Shown here piece after piece: positions 26,421 through 36,338 of a stretch of 64,000 bases of DNA. The position numbers and the translations under genes were made by a program. The first letter of the stretch is position 1, and each line of letters begins with the position of its first letter. The notes beneath the pieces were generated by a model that had not been told where the DNA came from, searched no databases, and worked only from the letters and a program-made list of their open reading frames with translations. The DNA is taken from the sequence record LR535910.1. One strand, written 5' to 3'.

Positions 26421-26837
26421 ATGATTACGCAGTGCTACTACCAGACGCAAGATTTATTTAAAGCATTGGAAGAAAATAAGCTACCCACGACTTTAAGACC
26501 GCAGTGCAGTTATTCAAGAATGCTTGCAAGTGAGGTCTTTCCGGTGCTAATGCAGTTGCCTCAATTCCAACCGTGGCTCGACTCGCTAGATGCGGTAGAT
26601 GTTGTGGCTATCTACACTGGGTCAGACACACCAACAATAAATACAAGCGAGTGTTTATCCCGTAGCGAATCGTCGGCGATAAATGAAATGCCGCAGCTAA
26701 TGCCTTCTTTATTCGATTCGATGTGCGCTGCAGTTATGCAGAAACGACTACCTTATGAGGAAGTATTCGCCATTGTGTTAGACAGCATCCACGCAATGAA
26801 TTATAAACACTATAAAACCCTCGGAACCTTACACTGA
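26421..26837 (+). CDS. Hypothetical protein
   Basis: 138 aa; GGAGG SD. Confidence 0.7.
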   Translation: MITQCYYQTQDLFKALEENKLPTTLRPQCSYSRMLASEVFPVLMQLPQFQPWLDSLDAVDVVAIYTGSDTPTINTSECLSRSESSAINEMPQLMPSLFDSMCAAVMQKRLPYEEVFAIVLDSIHAMNYKHYKTLGTLH

Positions 26838-26904
26838 CTTTTTTACGGCAGGCACCTATCTTGTAGGGAGTCTGTGCTGTAATAGATTCCAAAGGAGATG
26901 CTCG

Positions 26905-27294
26905 ATGAAAAACAAACTGCGTCCGCTGGACGTGATTATGGCGCATCCGGATACCCTCAAGAAAATTAAAGTGGTCAATGAACTTGACCGTGGTCTCCTG
27001 GATACTATTCAATGGGGTTTTACTTTCCACCCCGATGAAGAGAACAACACGCGTCAATTAGATGTCTGCGACGGCGTAGAAATTGATTGGTCTTCTAACG
27101 AAGGCTTTGATGATGTCGTCGATTATGTTAAACAGGCCACCGTTCCTCCTGTGTTCCCAGTAGCGGGTTTAGCGGAACACACAATTTCTCTCCGCCGACT
27201 GGTTAACGCTCAACCAGAAATCGTGCGTGAAGGCGAGGCGTGGACGTCAGGCATTACCCATCATCTTAAGGATGTGCTGGGTGTTGCCGGTTAA
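26905..27294 (+). CDS. Hypothetical protein
   Basis: 129 aa; AAGGAG SD. Confidence 0.75.
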   Translation: MKNKLRPLDVIMAHPDTLKKIKVVNELDRGLLDTIQWGFTFHPDEENNTRQLDVCDGVEIDWSSNEGFDDVVDYVKQATVPPVFPVAGLAEHTISLRRLVNAQPEIVREGEAWTSGITHHLKDVLGVAG

Positions 27295-27345
27295 AAAAGA
27301 AGAAGTACCTCTACTCACGTAGAGGTACGGAATCTTTCTTTTTTG
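27295..27345. terminator. Bidirectional terminator
   Basis: GTACCTCTAC-TCAC-GTAGAGGTAC between convergent genes. Confidence 0.75.
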
Positions 27346-28158
27346 TTACGACTTGAAGCGACCACCGTTCATGTAGTTCCAACGGTTTCCGATGTTGTCG
27401 TTGTGGACCAGACAACGTTGCATTTTCGGCAAGGTGTCTTCGAACATTTGACCCGCGTCCGAGTAACCTTCAATAACGTTTCTGAAGGCACCGAACTCCA
27501 TACCATTTTCCAGTTTACCGGAGTCCATGTCGAAGATCATGGTGTTGTAAATATATTGCTTAACAGCCATGACTGCCAGCTCACCTACAACCGGATAGAA
27601 TGCTGGTTTGATTTCGTTCATCTCCTGGGATAGTTCGTACTTCACCACGAGTTTGGTAGAGTAAACGAACATGCCTGGGTCTTTGATACGGATGGTATTC
27701 GGGCCGAGTACCTCGACCTCTGGTGAGGCGATACGTGGCATCGCCGACTGACTATCAACTACTTGTTGGGTGGATGCTAATACGCCAGAGGTGGCACCGT
27801 CCAGATATGAACCTGCGGGAGGCATGGTGTACGCCTGTCCGGCAACGGGTGTTACAGAAATGTGGGCATCCAGAATAGGACGACCGCCTGTTTTGATGTC
27901 GTCGAGATAATACACGCGACTGAAATAATCTTGCGTGTCGTTATCCCAAGGGACACCTTGCAAATCTACTTCTTGATACTGCCCCATTCTGGAGATTTCA
28001 GGGACCAGAATCTCACGAATAACACGTTGTTGGATTTCGTTATCTACAGAGCTTGCAATTCCCAGTAACTTGAGGTTTTCTGGAACAAAAGCCGCCTGTA
28101 GAATCGGGGCAGGAATATGCTGTCTGATTTTACGCAGACAGTAGTCGATAACATTCAT
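27346..28158 (-). CDS. Conserved phiKZ-like virion structural protein (270 aa)
   Basis: True start is probably MNVIDYCLRKIRQHIP (ATG 28158, AGGAG SD, GTATG at 28191-28195); N-terminal pattern typical of a conserved phiKZ-like virion family. Confidence 0.7.
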   Translation of the reverse strand: MNVIDYCLRKIRQHIPAPILQAAFVPENLKLLGIASSVDNEIQQRVIREILVPEISRMGQYQEVDLQGVPWDNDTQDYFSRVYYLDDIKTGGRPILDAHISVTPVAGQAYTMPPAGSYLDGATSGVLASTQQVVDSQSAMPRIASPEVEVLGPNTIRIKDPGMFVYSTKLVVKYELSQEMNEIKPAFYPVVGELAVMAVKQYIYNTMIFDMDSGKLENGMEFGAFRNVIEGYSDAGQMFEDTLPKMQRCLVHNDNIGNRWNYMNGGRFKS

Positions 28159-28276
28159 TCTAAGGCTCCTATGAAGCTCGTAGGACAACTCATACCATCG
28201 GGTAATGCTATCCCATTGCCTGACATTAAAATACGTTTTACGACCTTTATGTGCGCACCATACTCGAAGAAATTTT

Positions 28277-28296
28277 GCATAGATATTATCTTCGTG
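28277..28296 (+). promoter_or_regulatory. Putative early promoter
   Basis: GCATAGATATTATCTTCGTG; intergenic once the reverse gene start is set to 28158. Confidence 0.6.
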
Positions 28297-28321
28297 AATT
28301 ATCCTTAAGGAGCATTTCTCG

Positions 28322-28642
28322 ATGACGCGCATGTTCTTTAATTTCTCTCCAGGGACAAATGAACAGATTGTGCCTGCGGACATGTTACTGTGCGCGATAC
28401 AAGAAGTCATTTATCCCGGCACGCATGAGTTTCCACGCGAGTGGACACGCATTGCCGAAAGTTATTTTGGCACGGAAGCGTGGTTTGTTATTTCGGCGTT
28501 GGGCCGAAACCATAGCTATCCCTTTCATTACAAAAATGGAGTTGTGCAAACGTGGTCAGAATATACCTCGAACCAGCTGCGGTTCATTCTAGCTTCTGGG
28601 GGCCTGTCGATGCTTCCCAGTACGCTACCGCTCTGCGGATGA
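28322..28642 (+). CDS. Hypothetical protein
   Basis: AAGGAG SD; 106 aa. Confidence 0.65.
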   Translation: MTRMFFNFSPGTNEQIVPADMLLCAIQEVIYPGTHEFPREWTRIAESYFGTEAWFVISALGRNHSYPFHYKNGVVQTWSEYTSNQLRFILASGGLSMLPSTLPLCG

Positions 28643-29202
28643 GCCAAAAAGAACGCGAGATGTTAACTGTACAACTGTTACACACTGCGCTCGAAGATAT
28701 CTTTTACTCCGTTCCGGAAATGCCTAATGCACGTATGGAACCTTTGCTGGAACCTTATACTGACGCTTTTAATCTCACGATGATGTTGGTGGCTGACCAG
28801 ATCATACTTCCACCGAAAACAGTTCCTGTGGAACGTACACACGTTTCCAGTGGCGGTTTGGGTACTCCGGTTAATAAGACGAAAGAGACCGTAGCGATTT
28901 TACGTTCTACCGAATATCTTATCGGATTAGCATTCGAAGACTGTTACAACAGTTTCCTGGACAGTATCCATGCGCTTGTGGAGAATGCTGTGAAAGCCGC
29001 CAAACACCCGTTTAATCGTTATGCGACGATTAAACTGGAACCACACATAACCCGTCGTGGGCAGGTGCAATCTCTGGAGTTACAAATTGGAGAAGACATC
29101 AGATTCATCCACTACCGCCAATGCTTCCCAAACAAACGATATCGTCCGTCTGGTACTGATCGATCACATTGCCTCGACGGCATACGTCAGGATATTGAAT
29201 GA
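28639..29202 (+). CDS. Hypothetical protein
   Basis: ATGA overlap with the upstream stop; 187 aa. Confidence 0.7.
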   Translation: MSQKEREMLTVQLLHTALEDIFYSVPEMPNARMEPLLEPYTDAFNLTMMLVADQIILPPKTVPVERTHVSSGGLGTPVNKTKETVAILRSTEYLIGLAFEDCYNSFLDSIHALVENAVKAAKHPFNRYATIKLEPHITRRGQVQSLELQIGEDIRFIHYRQCFPNKRYRPSGTDRSHCLDGIRQDIE

Positions 29203-29524
29203 CCCCAGCGACATCATGTTCAGCATGTATGATGTTAACACGGGGTTGAAGCATATCATTCTCTGTATGCTCGAATACATGATTCCGACATTTACAGAAC
29301 ACGGTGCGTGGGACACAGAAACAGTCTCACTGATTGTTAGGTGTTATCGTCCCAGAAGTCATTCGCGGGAAATCCACACCATCGCGTCACACGTTCATCG
29401 TGCTATCTGTGAGGAAATGGGCATTCCTCCGAAAGGGTATCGGTATCATTATAATCAAGCAGACAGAATTCTCCGTTTCATTCCACGTAAGGTAACAGAT
29501 GTCTATGATGACGGTTTATACTGA
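29195..29524 (+). CDS. Hypothetical protein (start uncertain)
   Basis: Fills the gap in a tightly coupled operon; TTG 29195 or ATG 29216. Confidence 0.55.
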   Translation: MNDPSDIMFSMYDVNTGLKHIILCMLEYMIPTFTEHGAWDTETVSLIVRCYRPRSHSREIHTIASHVHRAICEEMGIPPKGYRYHYNQADRILRFIPRKVTDVYDDGLY

Positions 29525-29906
29525 GTTCGTGCGATTGACTTGCCGACTCACCGCACTCGTCAAAGAGAATCTCGGCATCGATTACCAGGATGCTGCGGTA
29601 GAGCTTGACGACTATATCGAGCAAATTGTTCGGTTGCATGTTCTGCGGAAAAAATATGGCGTTATCGATAGCATGATACGCCAGTTCTTCATGGAGTATG
29701 TTCACGATAACCCAATCATTACTCCAACCACGTCGGCAAAATACTGGGCTCTTTGTCGATTTGAGTTGTTGATACGGGACACCGATTGCATCTGGCAAGC
29801 AATCGACGAGGACATGACTTTTTTACCACAATCCGACTTTCTCCTCTGGCATGTAGGAGACGGTGTCTGGAAAATGTTAACTACAGGGGTTACTTACAAT
29901 GATTGA
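29499..29906 (+). CDS. Hypothetical protein
   Basis: 135 aa, overlapping neighbours. Confidence 0.65.
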   Translation: MSMMTVYTEFVRLTCRLTALVKENLGIDYQDAAVELDDYIEQIVRLHVLRKKYGVIDSMIRQFFMEYVHDNPIITPTTSAKYWALCRFELLIRDTDCIWQAIDEDMTFLPQSDFLLWHVGDGVWKMLTTGVTYND

Positions 29907-30408
29907 GCGATCTCATTTTTATATCCCCGGCTATCAGTTATTGGCTGGGCCGTTAACGGAGTTTTCGCCAAACGATGTTCTCCGCGAAGTGAATGACGAT
30001 TTGAATTCGATAATCAATACCGCCATGAGCTTCGTGGAACGTGGAACCATTGGTAGTGAGTTAAAGTTTATGATGAACAATACCTTTGGGTTTGTTTCTC
30101 GTACACTGAATGCACACGGTGTTGTGTTGGAAAATGAACAAGTAATCACGTACGGCACTGCAATTCAAAACATCGGTCGAGCGTATATGACTGCTGTGTC
30201 ACAGTCTCCGTATTGGTTCACTCACTACGGTCGCTGGGTAGGGGCACAATACACAACGCGCAATCCGGCGGATGTCGAATTCTTACTGGACTATAATGGC
30301 GGTGATAAATTCCCACAGTTTGCCAGCCAGGAAGCGTACGAGCGCATTACCCCACAGCTTCTGCCTGTTATCGATTTGCTTATCGGTAATCTCGGAGGCC
30401 GTGTATGA
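29899..30408 (+). CDS. Hypothetical protein
   Basis: 169 aa, coupled to neighbours. Confidence 0.7.
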   Translation: MIERSHFYIPGYQLLAGPLTEFSPNDVLREVNDDLNSIINTAMSFVERGTIGSELKFMMNNTFGFVSRTLNAHGVVLENEQVITYGTAIQNIGRAYMTAVSQSPYWFTHYGRWVGAQYTTRNPADVEFLLDYNGGDKFPQFASQEAYERITPQLLPVIDLLIGNLGGRV

Positions 30409-30893
30409 GCGTTCTGTTTGATGTGGCGGATATTGCGAACCAATATAGCGCGACTCGGTTTTACGAGCACGTTCGCGAAGCAGCATTGCGTGTATTGGAA
30501 GCCAGTAACCTGGAGATTGATGAAACGCAGATACGTGATTTTTATCAACGTTTTGCGTTTGCGTATATCATCGGTGTGAAAACTCGTGACCCATCGACAA
30601 TGGTTGATTTGTTACAGGAAGACACGCTTGAACCTCTGGGCAATTGGGAGTTGGTGACCGATGGTCTGTCCGTTGACCAGTTCGCTAAAGAAACGTCTGT
30701 CGATACGACGTTTCTGGCAGCACAAGGTTCGCCCGAACAACATCAAGCTGCCTTCGGCGCTGCGGTAAGTTTGTTGGTCGAAGAGTTAACAAACTTAACT
30801 GGTTTCGCTGGATTGATAGAGTCGCTGTATCCGGGTCGATATCAAACGTATGTAGGTGATAGTTTTAACGATGTGGTGTTAATCTGCGAATGA
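30405..30893 (+). CDS. Hypothetical protein
   Basis: 162 aa; GGAGG SD; ATGA overlap. Confidence 0.7.
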   Translation: MSVLFDVADIANQYSATRFYEHVREAALRVLEASNLEIDETQIRDFYQRFAFAYIIGVKTRDPSTMVDLLQEDTLEPLGNWELVTDGLSVDQFAKETSVDTTFLAAQGSPEQHQAAFGAAVSLLVEELTNLTGFAGLIESLYPGRYQTYVGDSFNDVVLICE

Positions 30894-31321
30894 AACTGTA
30901 CATGACCATAGGCGAAGTCTTCAAATATGAGTCGTTGTTGGCACGGGCCGAGATTGCTGATACTAGCGAGATCGAGCCCGCTGTCGCTTATTTGTTTCTG
31001 GCCAGTTACGCCGAATTAACGGTTCGTTCTATTGTTAATGGGCTAGGTAAGGGTAAGAACTTTCTTACTTTTATTCCCCCAGACCCTGCGTTGATACTGG
31101 AACAGTTGCGCGGGATGTGGGGTACTGAAAAGGTGCTGCCTCTAAACTGCTACAGCATGAGCAGTGGGATTAAGGATGATGTTCGGTTCTATGAAATCCT
31201 TTCCGTGATAGAACGTGTGTGGGGCATGGCTGGCTTGACTCCAGAAGACGGAGCAAAAAAGACAAAGGTTTCACTCCTTATGAATGAAATTGGCAACGCA
31301 CTCATCTGTGTTGAATGTTAA
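30890..31321 (+). CDS. Hypothetical protein
   Basis: 143 aa; ATGA overlap. Confidence 0.7.
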   Translation: MKLYMTIGEVFKYESLLARAEIADTSEIEPAVAYLFLASYAELTVRSIVNGLGKGKNFLTFIPPDPALILEQLRGMWGTEKVLPLNCYSMSSGIKDDVRFYEILSVIERVWGMAGLTPEDGAKKTKVSLLMNEIGNALICVEC

Positions 31322-31330
31322 GGAGTACGA

Positions 31331-31930
31331 ATGATCTACAAGGTGATCGCCAACCACTTGATTAATGTGGACTTGGGGGTCGTGGGGTATCTTCCGGACG
31401 GTATGCGGTTTTTGGATTTGGTGGTTGACACCGTGGTCCGCCTACCGCGTATCACCGTGGAGATACCCGTAAAAGAATTGGACCAGGACGAGATACACGA
31501 ACTTATACGTGAAACGCTGACTAGCTATACGTACGAGTTTCGTTGCATGTTGCCTCGCACCGACCTTACGTTCTTGCACGACTTCTTTACGTTACTGACT
31601 GACGAGTACCGTCGGTGGAAGTTTAATGTTGCAATGGAAGCCAGCACTGAGTCACATTTTAACGGGCTGACACCATTGTTAGATTTAGCGTTGGTGTACA
31701 AAGAGCAAGACAGTTCACACTGGGCTACGCTCAAGCACTACACGTTGGATCTAATGGCGACCGCCGTAACGGAGGCAGTTATGGCGCATTATGTTGAGCC
31801 GGTGAAGATGTTCTTAGAGGCGCATAATGGCGCTATCCGTACGTTGGTTCTCAAGGTGGACTTCCCGAAAACACCAGTGACCAATGCTTTGGATATGAGG
31901 CTGCTTATTGATGTTCCTGAGGAGGAATAA
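31331..31930 (+). CDS. Hypothetical protein
   Basis: 199 aa; AAGGAG SD. Confidence 0.75.
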   Translation: MIYKVIANHLINVDLGVVGYLPDGMRFLDLVVDTVVRLPRITVEIPVKELDQDEIHELIRETLTSYTYEFRCMLPRTDLTFLHDFFTLLTDEYRRWKFNVAMEASTESHFNGLTPLLDLALVYKEQDSSHWATLKHYTLDLMATAVTEAVMAHYVEPVKMFLEAHNGAIRTLVLKVDFPKTPVTNALDMRLLIDVPEEE

Positions 31931-32340
31931 TGTTCGATTTACGCACACTGGTCGCTGGGCAAAAAGTTAACATTGTTTACGACACCCCTTTGAAAGGGCA
32001 AGAGACGCGTGTAATTATTCTGGCAACCGGCGTTGGCTACGAGATGGCCAAAAGTTATATGGATGTGATGGCGGAGCAGAAGAATATCTACTCGTCCATC
32101 GTTTCCCAGCCAGAAGATAATGTGAACAAATACACGTATCTGATTTTCAAAGGTGTTGACGGCAAACCAAAAGTCGCTGCCGATGCCTGGATTCGTGATG
32201 TTCAGATTATCGAAAACACGAAGGTGCGCTTCACCGTCACCCTGGATAACAAACAGGAGATTGACGACCTTAAACGCGCCCTGGCTGCCAATGGTTTCAA
32301 TGACGTCGATTTTGAAATCGTTGAGAGTATTGCCGGTTAA
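31930..32340 (+). CDS. Conserved phiKZ-like small protein (gp49-like, SH3-like fold)
   Basis: 136 aa; YTYLIF...AADAWIRDV pattern; directly upstream of the DNA polymerase as in phiKZ. Confidence 0.6.
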   Translation: MFDLRTLVAGQKVNIVYDTPLKGQETRVIILATGVGYEMAKSYMDVMAEQKNIYSSIVSQPEDNVNKYTYLIFKGVDGKPKVAADAWIRDVQIIENTKVRFTVTLDNKQEIDDLKRALAANGFNDVDFEIVESIAG

Positions 32341-32343
32341 AGT

Positions 32344-32382
32344 AAGCCCACTCTTCGGAGTGGGTTATTTTTTTTCTTTTTT
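32344..32382 (+). terminator. Intrinsic terminator
   Basis: AAGCCCACTC-TTCG-GAGTGGGTT followed by a T-tract. Confidence 0.85.
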
Positions 32383-32401
32383 CACGTATCCCGCAAGTCT
32401 T
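32377..32401 (+). promoter_or_regulatory. Putative middle promoter for the DNA polymerase
   Basis: TTTTTTCAC-N11-GTCTT(ATAG). Confidence 0.35.
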
Positions 32402-32431
32402 ATAGCTGAGTAAAAAACCAAGGGGCCAGAC

Positions 32432-34711
32432 GTGGACTACAATTCACCATTTCGTCTTAGTCAAGACGAGTATCATCGCGACATTGACGTTATCGATGCG
32501 TACTACGAACAACTGGCGCTCTACATTCATACCGTCACCAACGGGAAATATTCTTTGGAGTTCTGTCGACAGCAGGTCGAAGAAATGTTCCAACCTGGTG
32601 GTGAGTTAGTACACGAATTCCCCGTGTGTAAGATGTGGGTGCGCAATCAAAAGACCGGCGATCGCGAAGAAAAATACACCACGGTAGATAAACTGTTCCG
32701 TACAGTGATTGATAAGCAGATTATCTCTGCACCGTCGCTGACCTTTTATCTGCCTGAGCACGTCAAGCGCTCTAAGCTTGCTGAATTTACCGCAGAGAAC
32801 GTGCGTAAGCGTGCGGTTGTTAAGAAAGAGATGTACGCAGCAGGTGCTGCGGGTAATGAAGTTCTGCGTATTAACAAAAAGAACGAACAGAACGCTGTTA
32901 AGACGTTGAACAACGGGATGTCGGGTGCATTCTCATCACCGTACACGGTAATCTTTAACCAGTCTTCGCACTCTGTATTGACGTCAACCTGCCGTACGGC
33001 TACATCGTTCGGTAACGCGGGCAACGAACGTCTACTGGGCGGTAATCGTCACTACGACACGCCGTCCCGTGTTATCGACCACTTACTGTCTATTGGTACA
33101 CTGACTAACTTTGCGGAGTTCAAGAAGTGTATGGAACTCTATAACCTCCACTACCCAACAGTGGACGAGGTTATGGAAGTGGTTATGTACTCTGCAGAGT
33201 TTTACTTCCGTAACGACGAAGGGCTGGAGTTCATTCGTCACTACGTCGGTAATTGTAGCCCGCTGGTACGTGCAGCGTTTGTCTATATGGGTGACTTCTA
33301 CCACCTGGCGAAATACAACGATGAATTCATGCGCGGATTTATCGGTGCGCTGATTGCCGAGGAGATGGAAGACGAGATCACCGATTGGGATGCTGCTGAG
33401 CGCTCTATCGACGGTGACATGCAGATCATTATCTCGCAGTTCCGTACTGATATCGTGCCGTTAGGTAAGTCGTTCTCTGACGTTAAACTCAAAGACGAAA
33501 ACACGAACAAAGCGGAACCGTGGGATAAGCAGGAAAAATACAAAGAGCTGATTCGCTCAGCTGTGTATCTGCAGAAAACCATCGGTAAGTACGCGTGCTT
33601 GATTCGTAATATCCTGACTACCAAAAACCTGCCGATTAACATTGCCAGGATGCCTGACGTGGTTCGTCGTGTCGGTGTGGTATCTGATACCGACTCCACG
33701 ATGATGACTGCACAGTGGTGGGCACAGTGGTATACCGGTCAACATTACGGTCGTGAAGCTACGCGCGTATCGGATGCGATGATTTATATTGCAACCCAGC
33801 ACTTACGTCATCTGATGGCGAGTATGTCGGCGAACATCGGTGTGGCGAAAGAGCGTCTGTTTTTGTACGCAATGAAGAACGAATTTAAGTTCGACTCCTT
33901 TGCGTTAACCACAAAAGCAAAACACTACTTCTCCATCATCACTGGCCAGGAAGGACAATTGAAGTCCGACCCTGAGTTAGAAGTTAAAGGTGTGTCTTTA
34001 CGTACGTCGAACATACCGCCTGTGGTCATGAAAGAGTTCAAACGCACGATTAAAGAACTCTGTGAGATTGTAGCGCGCGGCGATAAGATTAAGATTCTGC
34101 CTCTGCTGGAAAAGGTTGCTGCAATTGAGCACGTTGTGGTGGACTCTATTCGTGCTGGTAAAGCAGGCTACCTGAAAACAACCAACGTCAAAGACCGTAG
34201 TGCGTACTCTGAAGATGATGAAAAGAGCTACCACTACCACCGCATGTACAACGCCATCTTTGGACCGAAGTACGGCTACCTGGACGAACCGCCTTATGAC
34301 GCCGTGAAACTTCCGGTAAATCTGGAGAACAAAACAGCCGTTAAAGAATGGCTGGAAAATATTAAAGACCCGATGATTAAGACCACCGCAACACGGTGGT
34401 TCGAAGAGAACAACTATCGTACCTATCGTACACTGATACTGCCAGAGTTCTTGGTGGAAAACTTCGGTATTCCGCCGGAGCTGATTGATGCTGCAGACAC
34501 ACGTCGAAGCGCATTCTCCACAGTAGAACCTTACTATCACATCCTGGAATGTCTGGGTGTGTTCATGATGGACAAGAACAGAACTCGTCTGCTTTCGGAT
34601 TACTACGGCGAGTCCGTAGACTCCGTCAAGGAAGAATTAGGTAGCGGCGAGTACGTTAAGAAATCTGAACGTGATGGAGAGGAAGAGGATGGGGAAGAAG
34701 CGGAGGAGTAA
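32432..34711 (+). CDS. Split family-B DNA polymerase, subunit carrying motifs B and C (phiKZ gp50-like)
   Basis: QNAVKTLNNGMSG (motif B), VVSDTDS (motif C), KHY and KGV; GTG start; acidic tail; lacks motif A and the exonuclease domain. Confidence 0.88.
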   Translation: MDYNSPFRLSQDEYHRDIDVIDAYYEQLALYIHTVTNGKYSLEFCRQQVEEMFQPGGELVHEFPVCKMWVRNQKTGDREEKYTTVDKLFRTVIDKQIISAPSLTFYLPEHVKRSKLAEFTAENVRKRAVVKKEMYAAGAAGNEVLRINKKNEQNAVKTLNNGMSGAFSSPYTVIFNQSSHSVLTSTCRTATSFGNAGNERLLGGNRHYDTPSRVIDHLLSIGTLTNFAEFKKCMELYNLHYPTVDEVMEVVMYSAEFYFRNDEGLEFIRHYVGNCSPLVRAAFVYMGDFYHLAKYNDEFMRGFIGALIAEEMEDEITDWDAAERSIDGDMQIIISQFRTDIVPLGKSFSDVKLKDENTNKAEPWDKQEKYKELIRSAVYLQKTIGKYACLIRNILTTKNLPINIARMPDVVRRVGVVSDTDSTMMTAQWWAQWYTGQHYGREATRVSDAMIYIATQHLRHLMASMSANIGVAKERLFLYAMKNEFKFDSFALTTKAKHYFSIITGQEGQLKSDPELEVKGVSLRTSNIPPVVMKEFKRTIKELCEIVARGDKIKILPLLEKVAAIEHVVVDSIRAGKAGYLKTTNVKDRSAYSEDDEKSYHYHRMYNAIFGPKYGYLDEPPYDAVKLPVNLENKTAVKEWLENIKDPMIKTTATRWFEENNYRTYRTLILPEFLVENFGIPPELIDAADTRRSAFSTVEPYYHILECLGVFMMDKNRTRLLSDYYGESVDSVKEELGSGEYVKKSERDGEEEDGEEAEE

Positions 34712-34767
34712 GAATAAGTCACGATCGTGTGTACCACAAACAATAACCGTTACGGGGGTGGAAGGGT

Positions 34768-34968
34768 ATGTATCGAAATAGTGGGAAGTCCACAGAGATG
34801 ATAACCGCAATCCGTCGCGACCTCGAAGAACGGGGTTGCGTGGATATTGAGTTACATCAGGCAGGCGAAACGGTGCATATCACGGCATTGGATGCCAAAC
34901 GGAAACGTAGTATCACTGTGTGGGGTAAACCATACGCAAGTGATTTTACGGAGACGATAAAATACTAG
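34768..34968 (+). CDS. Small hypothetical protein
   Basis: 66 aa; GGAAGGG SD-like sequence; followed by a terminator. Confidence 0.5.
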   Translation: MYRNSGKSTEMITAIRRDLEERGCVDIELHQAGETVHITALDAKRKRSITVWGKPYASDFTETIKY

Positions 34969-34981
34969 ACAGACAAAAAAT

Positions 34982-35015
34982 AAAAAAGAACTACACACCG
35001 AAGTGTGTAGTTTTT
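34982..35015. terminator. Bidirectional terminator
   Basis: AACTACACAC-CGAA-GTGTGTAGTT flanked by A/T tracts. Confidence 0.75.
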
Positions 35016-35064
35016 GTATATAGTATGAATACTCGAAAGAGTGTTCGCGAGGAGAGAGTAAGTC

Positions 35065-36132
35065 TTATTTTTCTTCTAGCTCTGTCGTCAATGGGATAAT
35101 CAAATCCCGTTGGATAAAGTTATAGAAGGATTTGGTCAGACGTGTGAGGACTTTAGAGTCCACATAACGCGCCAAATCAACCAACATCGTACGTTTATGC
35201 TTTTCCATATTCCCCTGGTTGTATTGAAGACAAAACAGTGCCCAGTACCAGTTCACCATGTTCTGGTGCCAGGTGTTCTGCAGTGTTTGACCTGGTTCTC
35301 GAAAGACAATCAGTTCCAGTGCTGTGTGGCCTTCTTCATCAGGGTGTTGGAAGAACAATGGGATGTTGTTTAAGACTTGTCCCGGTAACGGGTTGGCAGC
35401 CAGTAGTTTACTACGGATGCCTTTTGCGTGCTTCACAGCTAAAGCTTGAAGCGGCGGAACAGGAATGACACGTAATGTTTCATCCGGTTCAATCTCTTTC
35501 CCGAAGGCTATCGCACGATGTATATTTACAAAGGCGATATCCATGTAGCTCGGCAACATGCGAGAGATCACATGTCGTTGGAGATACACAGGTGTGGCAA
35601 TAGGTTCGGTACCGCGACTGTAGTGCTGCTGACCTTTGACATATTGCCAAAGCAAAGCAACCAGGTTGATTTCGATCACCGTAACACCTCGGGGCCGTCC
35701 GTCACCGAACTTCCAATTGAGGTTGGTATACTCATGGTAGAGGTAACGTGCGGGGGTGTAGTCGCGGAACGAAAGGTCTGGATTTACTGGGCGGGCTACG
35801 AGAGAGATTACCTCATCTTGGCCCTGGATAAACTTGCTATTAAAGATTTGACCGTACTCACCAACAGACGTCAAGCGTAAGGCGTTACCGATCTGAACAA
35901 GTTTGCGACGGCAAGCCCATTCGATGTCTTCGTACTCTGGTTCACCGGCATAGCCGATGGCAGACAACACCTCTTGCAACAAATGGCCATTACCAGCACT
36001 GCGATTAAGCTGTTCGTAGTAGTTGCGTATACGCTGGCTGTTGTTTTTTACGTGAGCCGCTAATGTTATAGCGGAGGGGTCCGTGCTGTGACCCTTTATG
36101 GCCACTTGGTTTAACTCGGCTTGGCTGAACAT
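35065..36132 (-). CDS. Conserved protein divergent from chimallin
   Basis: AAGGAG SD before ATG 36132; 355 aa. Confidence 0.75.
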   Translation of the reverse strand: MFSQAELNQVAIKGHSTDPSAITLAAHVKNNSQRIRNYYEQLNRSAGNGHLLQEVLSAIGYAGEPEYEDIEWACRRKLVQIGNALRLTSVGEYGQIFNSKFIQGQDEVISLVARPVNPDLSFRDYTPARYLYHEYTNLNWKFGDGRPRGVTVIEINLVALLWQYVKGQQHYSRGTEPIATPVYLQRHVISRMLPSYMDIAFVNIHRAIAFGKEIEPDETLRVIPVPPLQALAVKHAKGIRSKLLAANPLPGQVLNNIPLFFQHPDEEGHTALELIVFREPGQTLQNTWHQNMVNWYWALFCLQYNQGNMEKHKRTMLVDLARYVDSKVLTRLTKSFYNFIQRDLIIPLTTELEEK

Positions 36133-36184
36133 GGCAGACTCCTTAGATTCCACATAGGAAGTCAGTCACAGTCAAAAATATCTC

Positions 36185-36204
36185 AGATTGATATTATCTA
36201 TGTG
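36185..36204 (+). promoter_or_regulatory. Putative early promoter 1 of chimallin
   Basis: AGATTGATATTATCTATGTG. Confidence 0.7.
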
Positions 36205-36277
36205 ACAGTTCCTGAGAAATGTCTGGACTATGTGCCTTGTAAGTAAGCGACGGCGTACTTGCATTCCATGAAATTAC

Positions 36278-36297
36278 AGGCAGATATTATCTCTGCG
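36278..36297 (+). promoter_or_regulatory. Putative early promoter 2 of chimallin
   Basis: AGGCAGATATTATCTCTGCG. Confidence 0.55.
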
Positions 36298-36338
36298 AAC
36301 CGAACTATGATTGCAATCACTATTAAGGAATATTTAAA

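Noticed and set aside
28159-28410. 84-aa N-terminal extension of the 27346 gene
   Set aside because: No SD at 28410; overlaps the 28322 gene and the early promoter; ATG 28158 has a good SD and a late motif.
34768-34968. RNSGKST as a P-loop NTPase
   Set aside because: The 66-aa ORF is too short, has no Walker B, and an in-frame stop lies just upstream.
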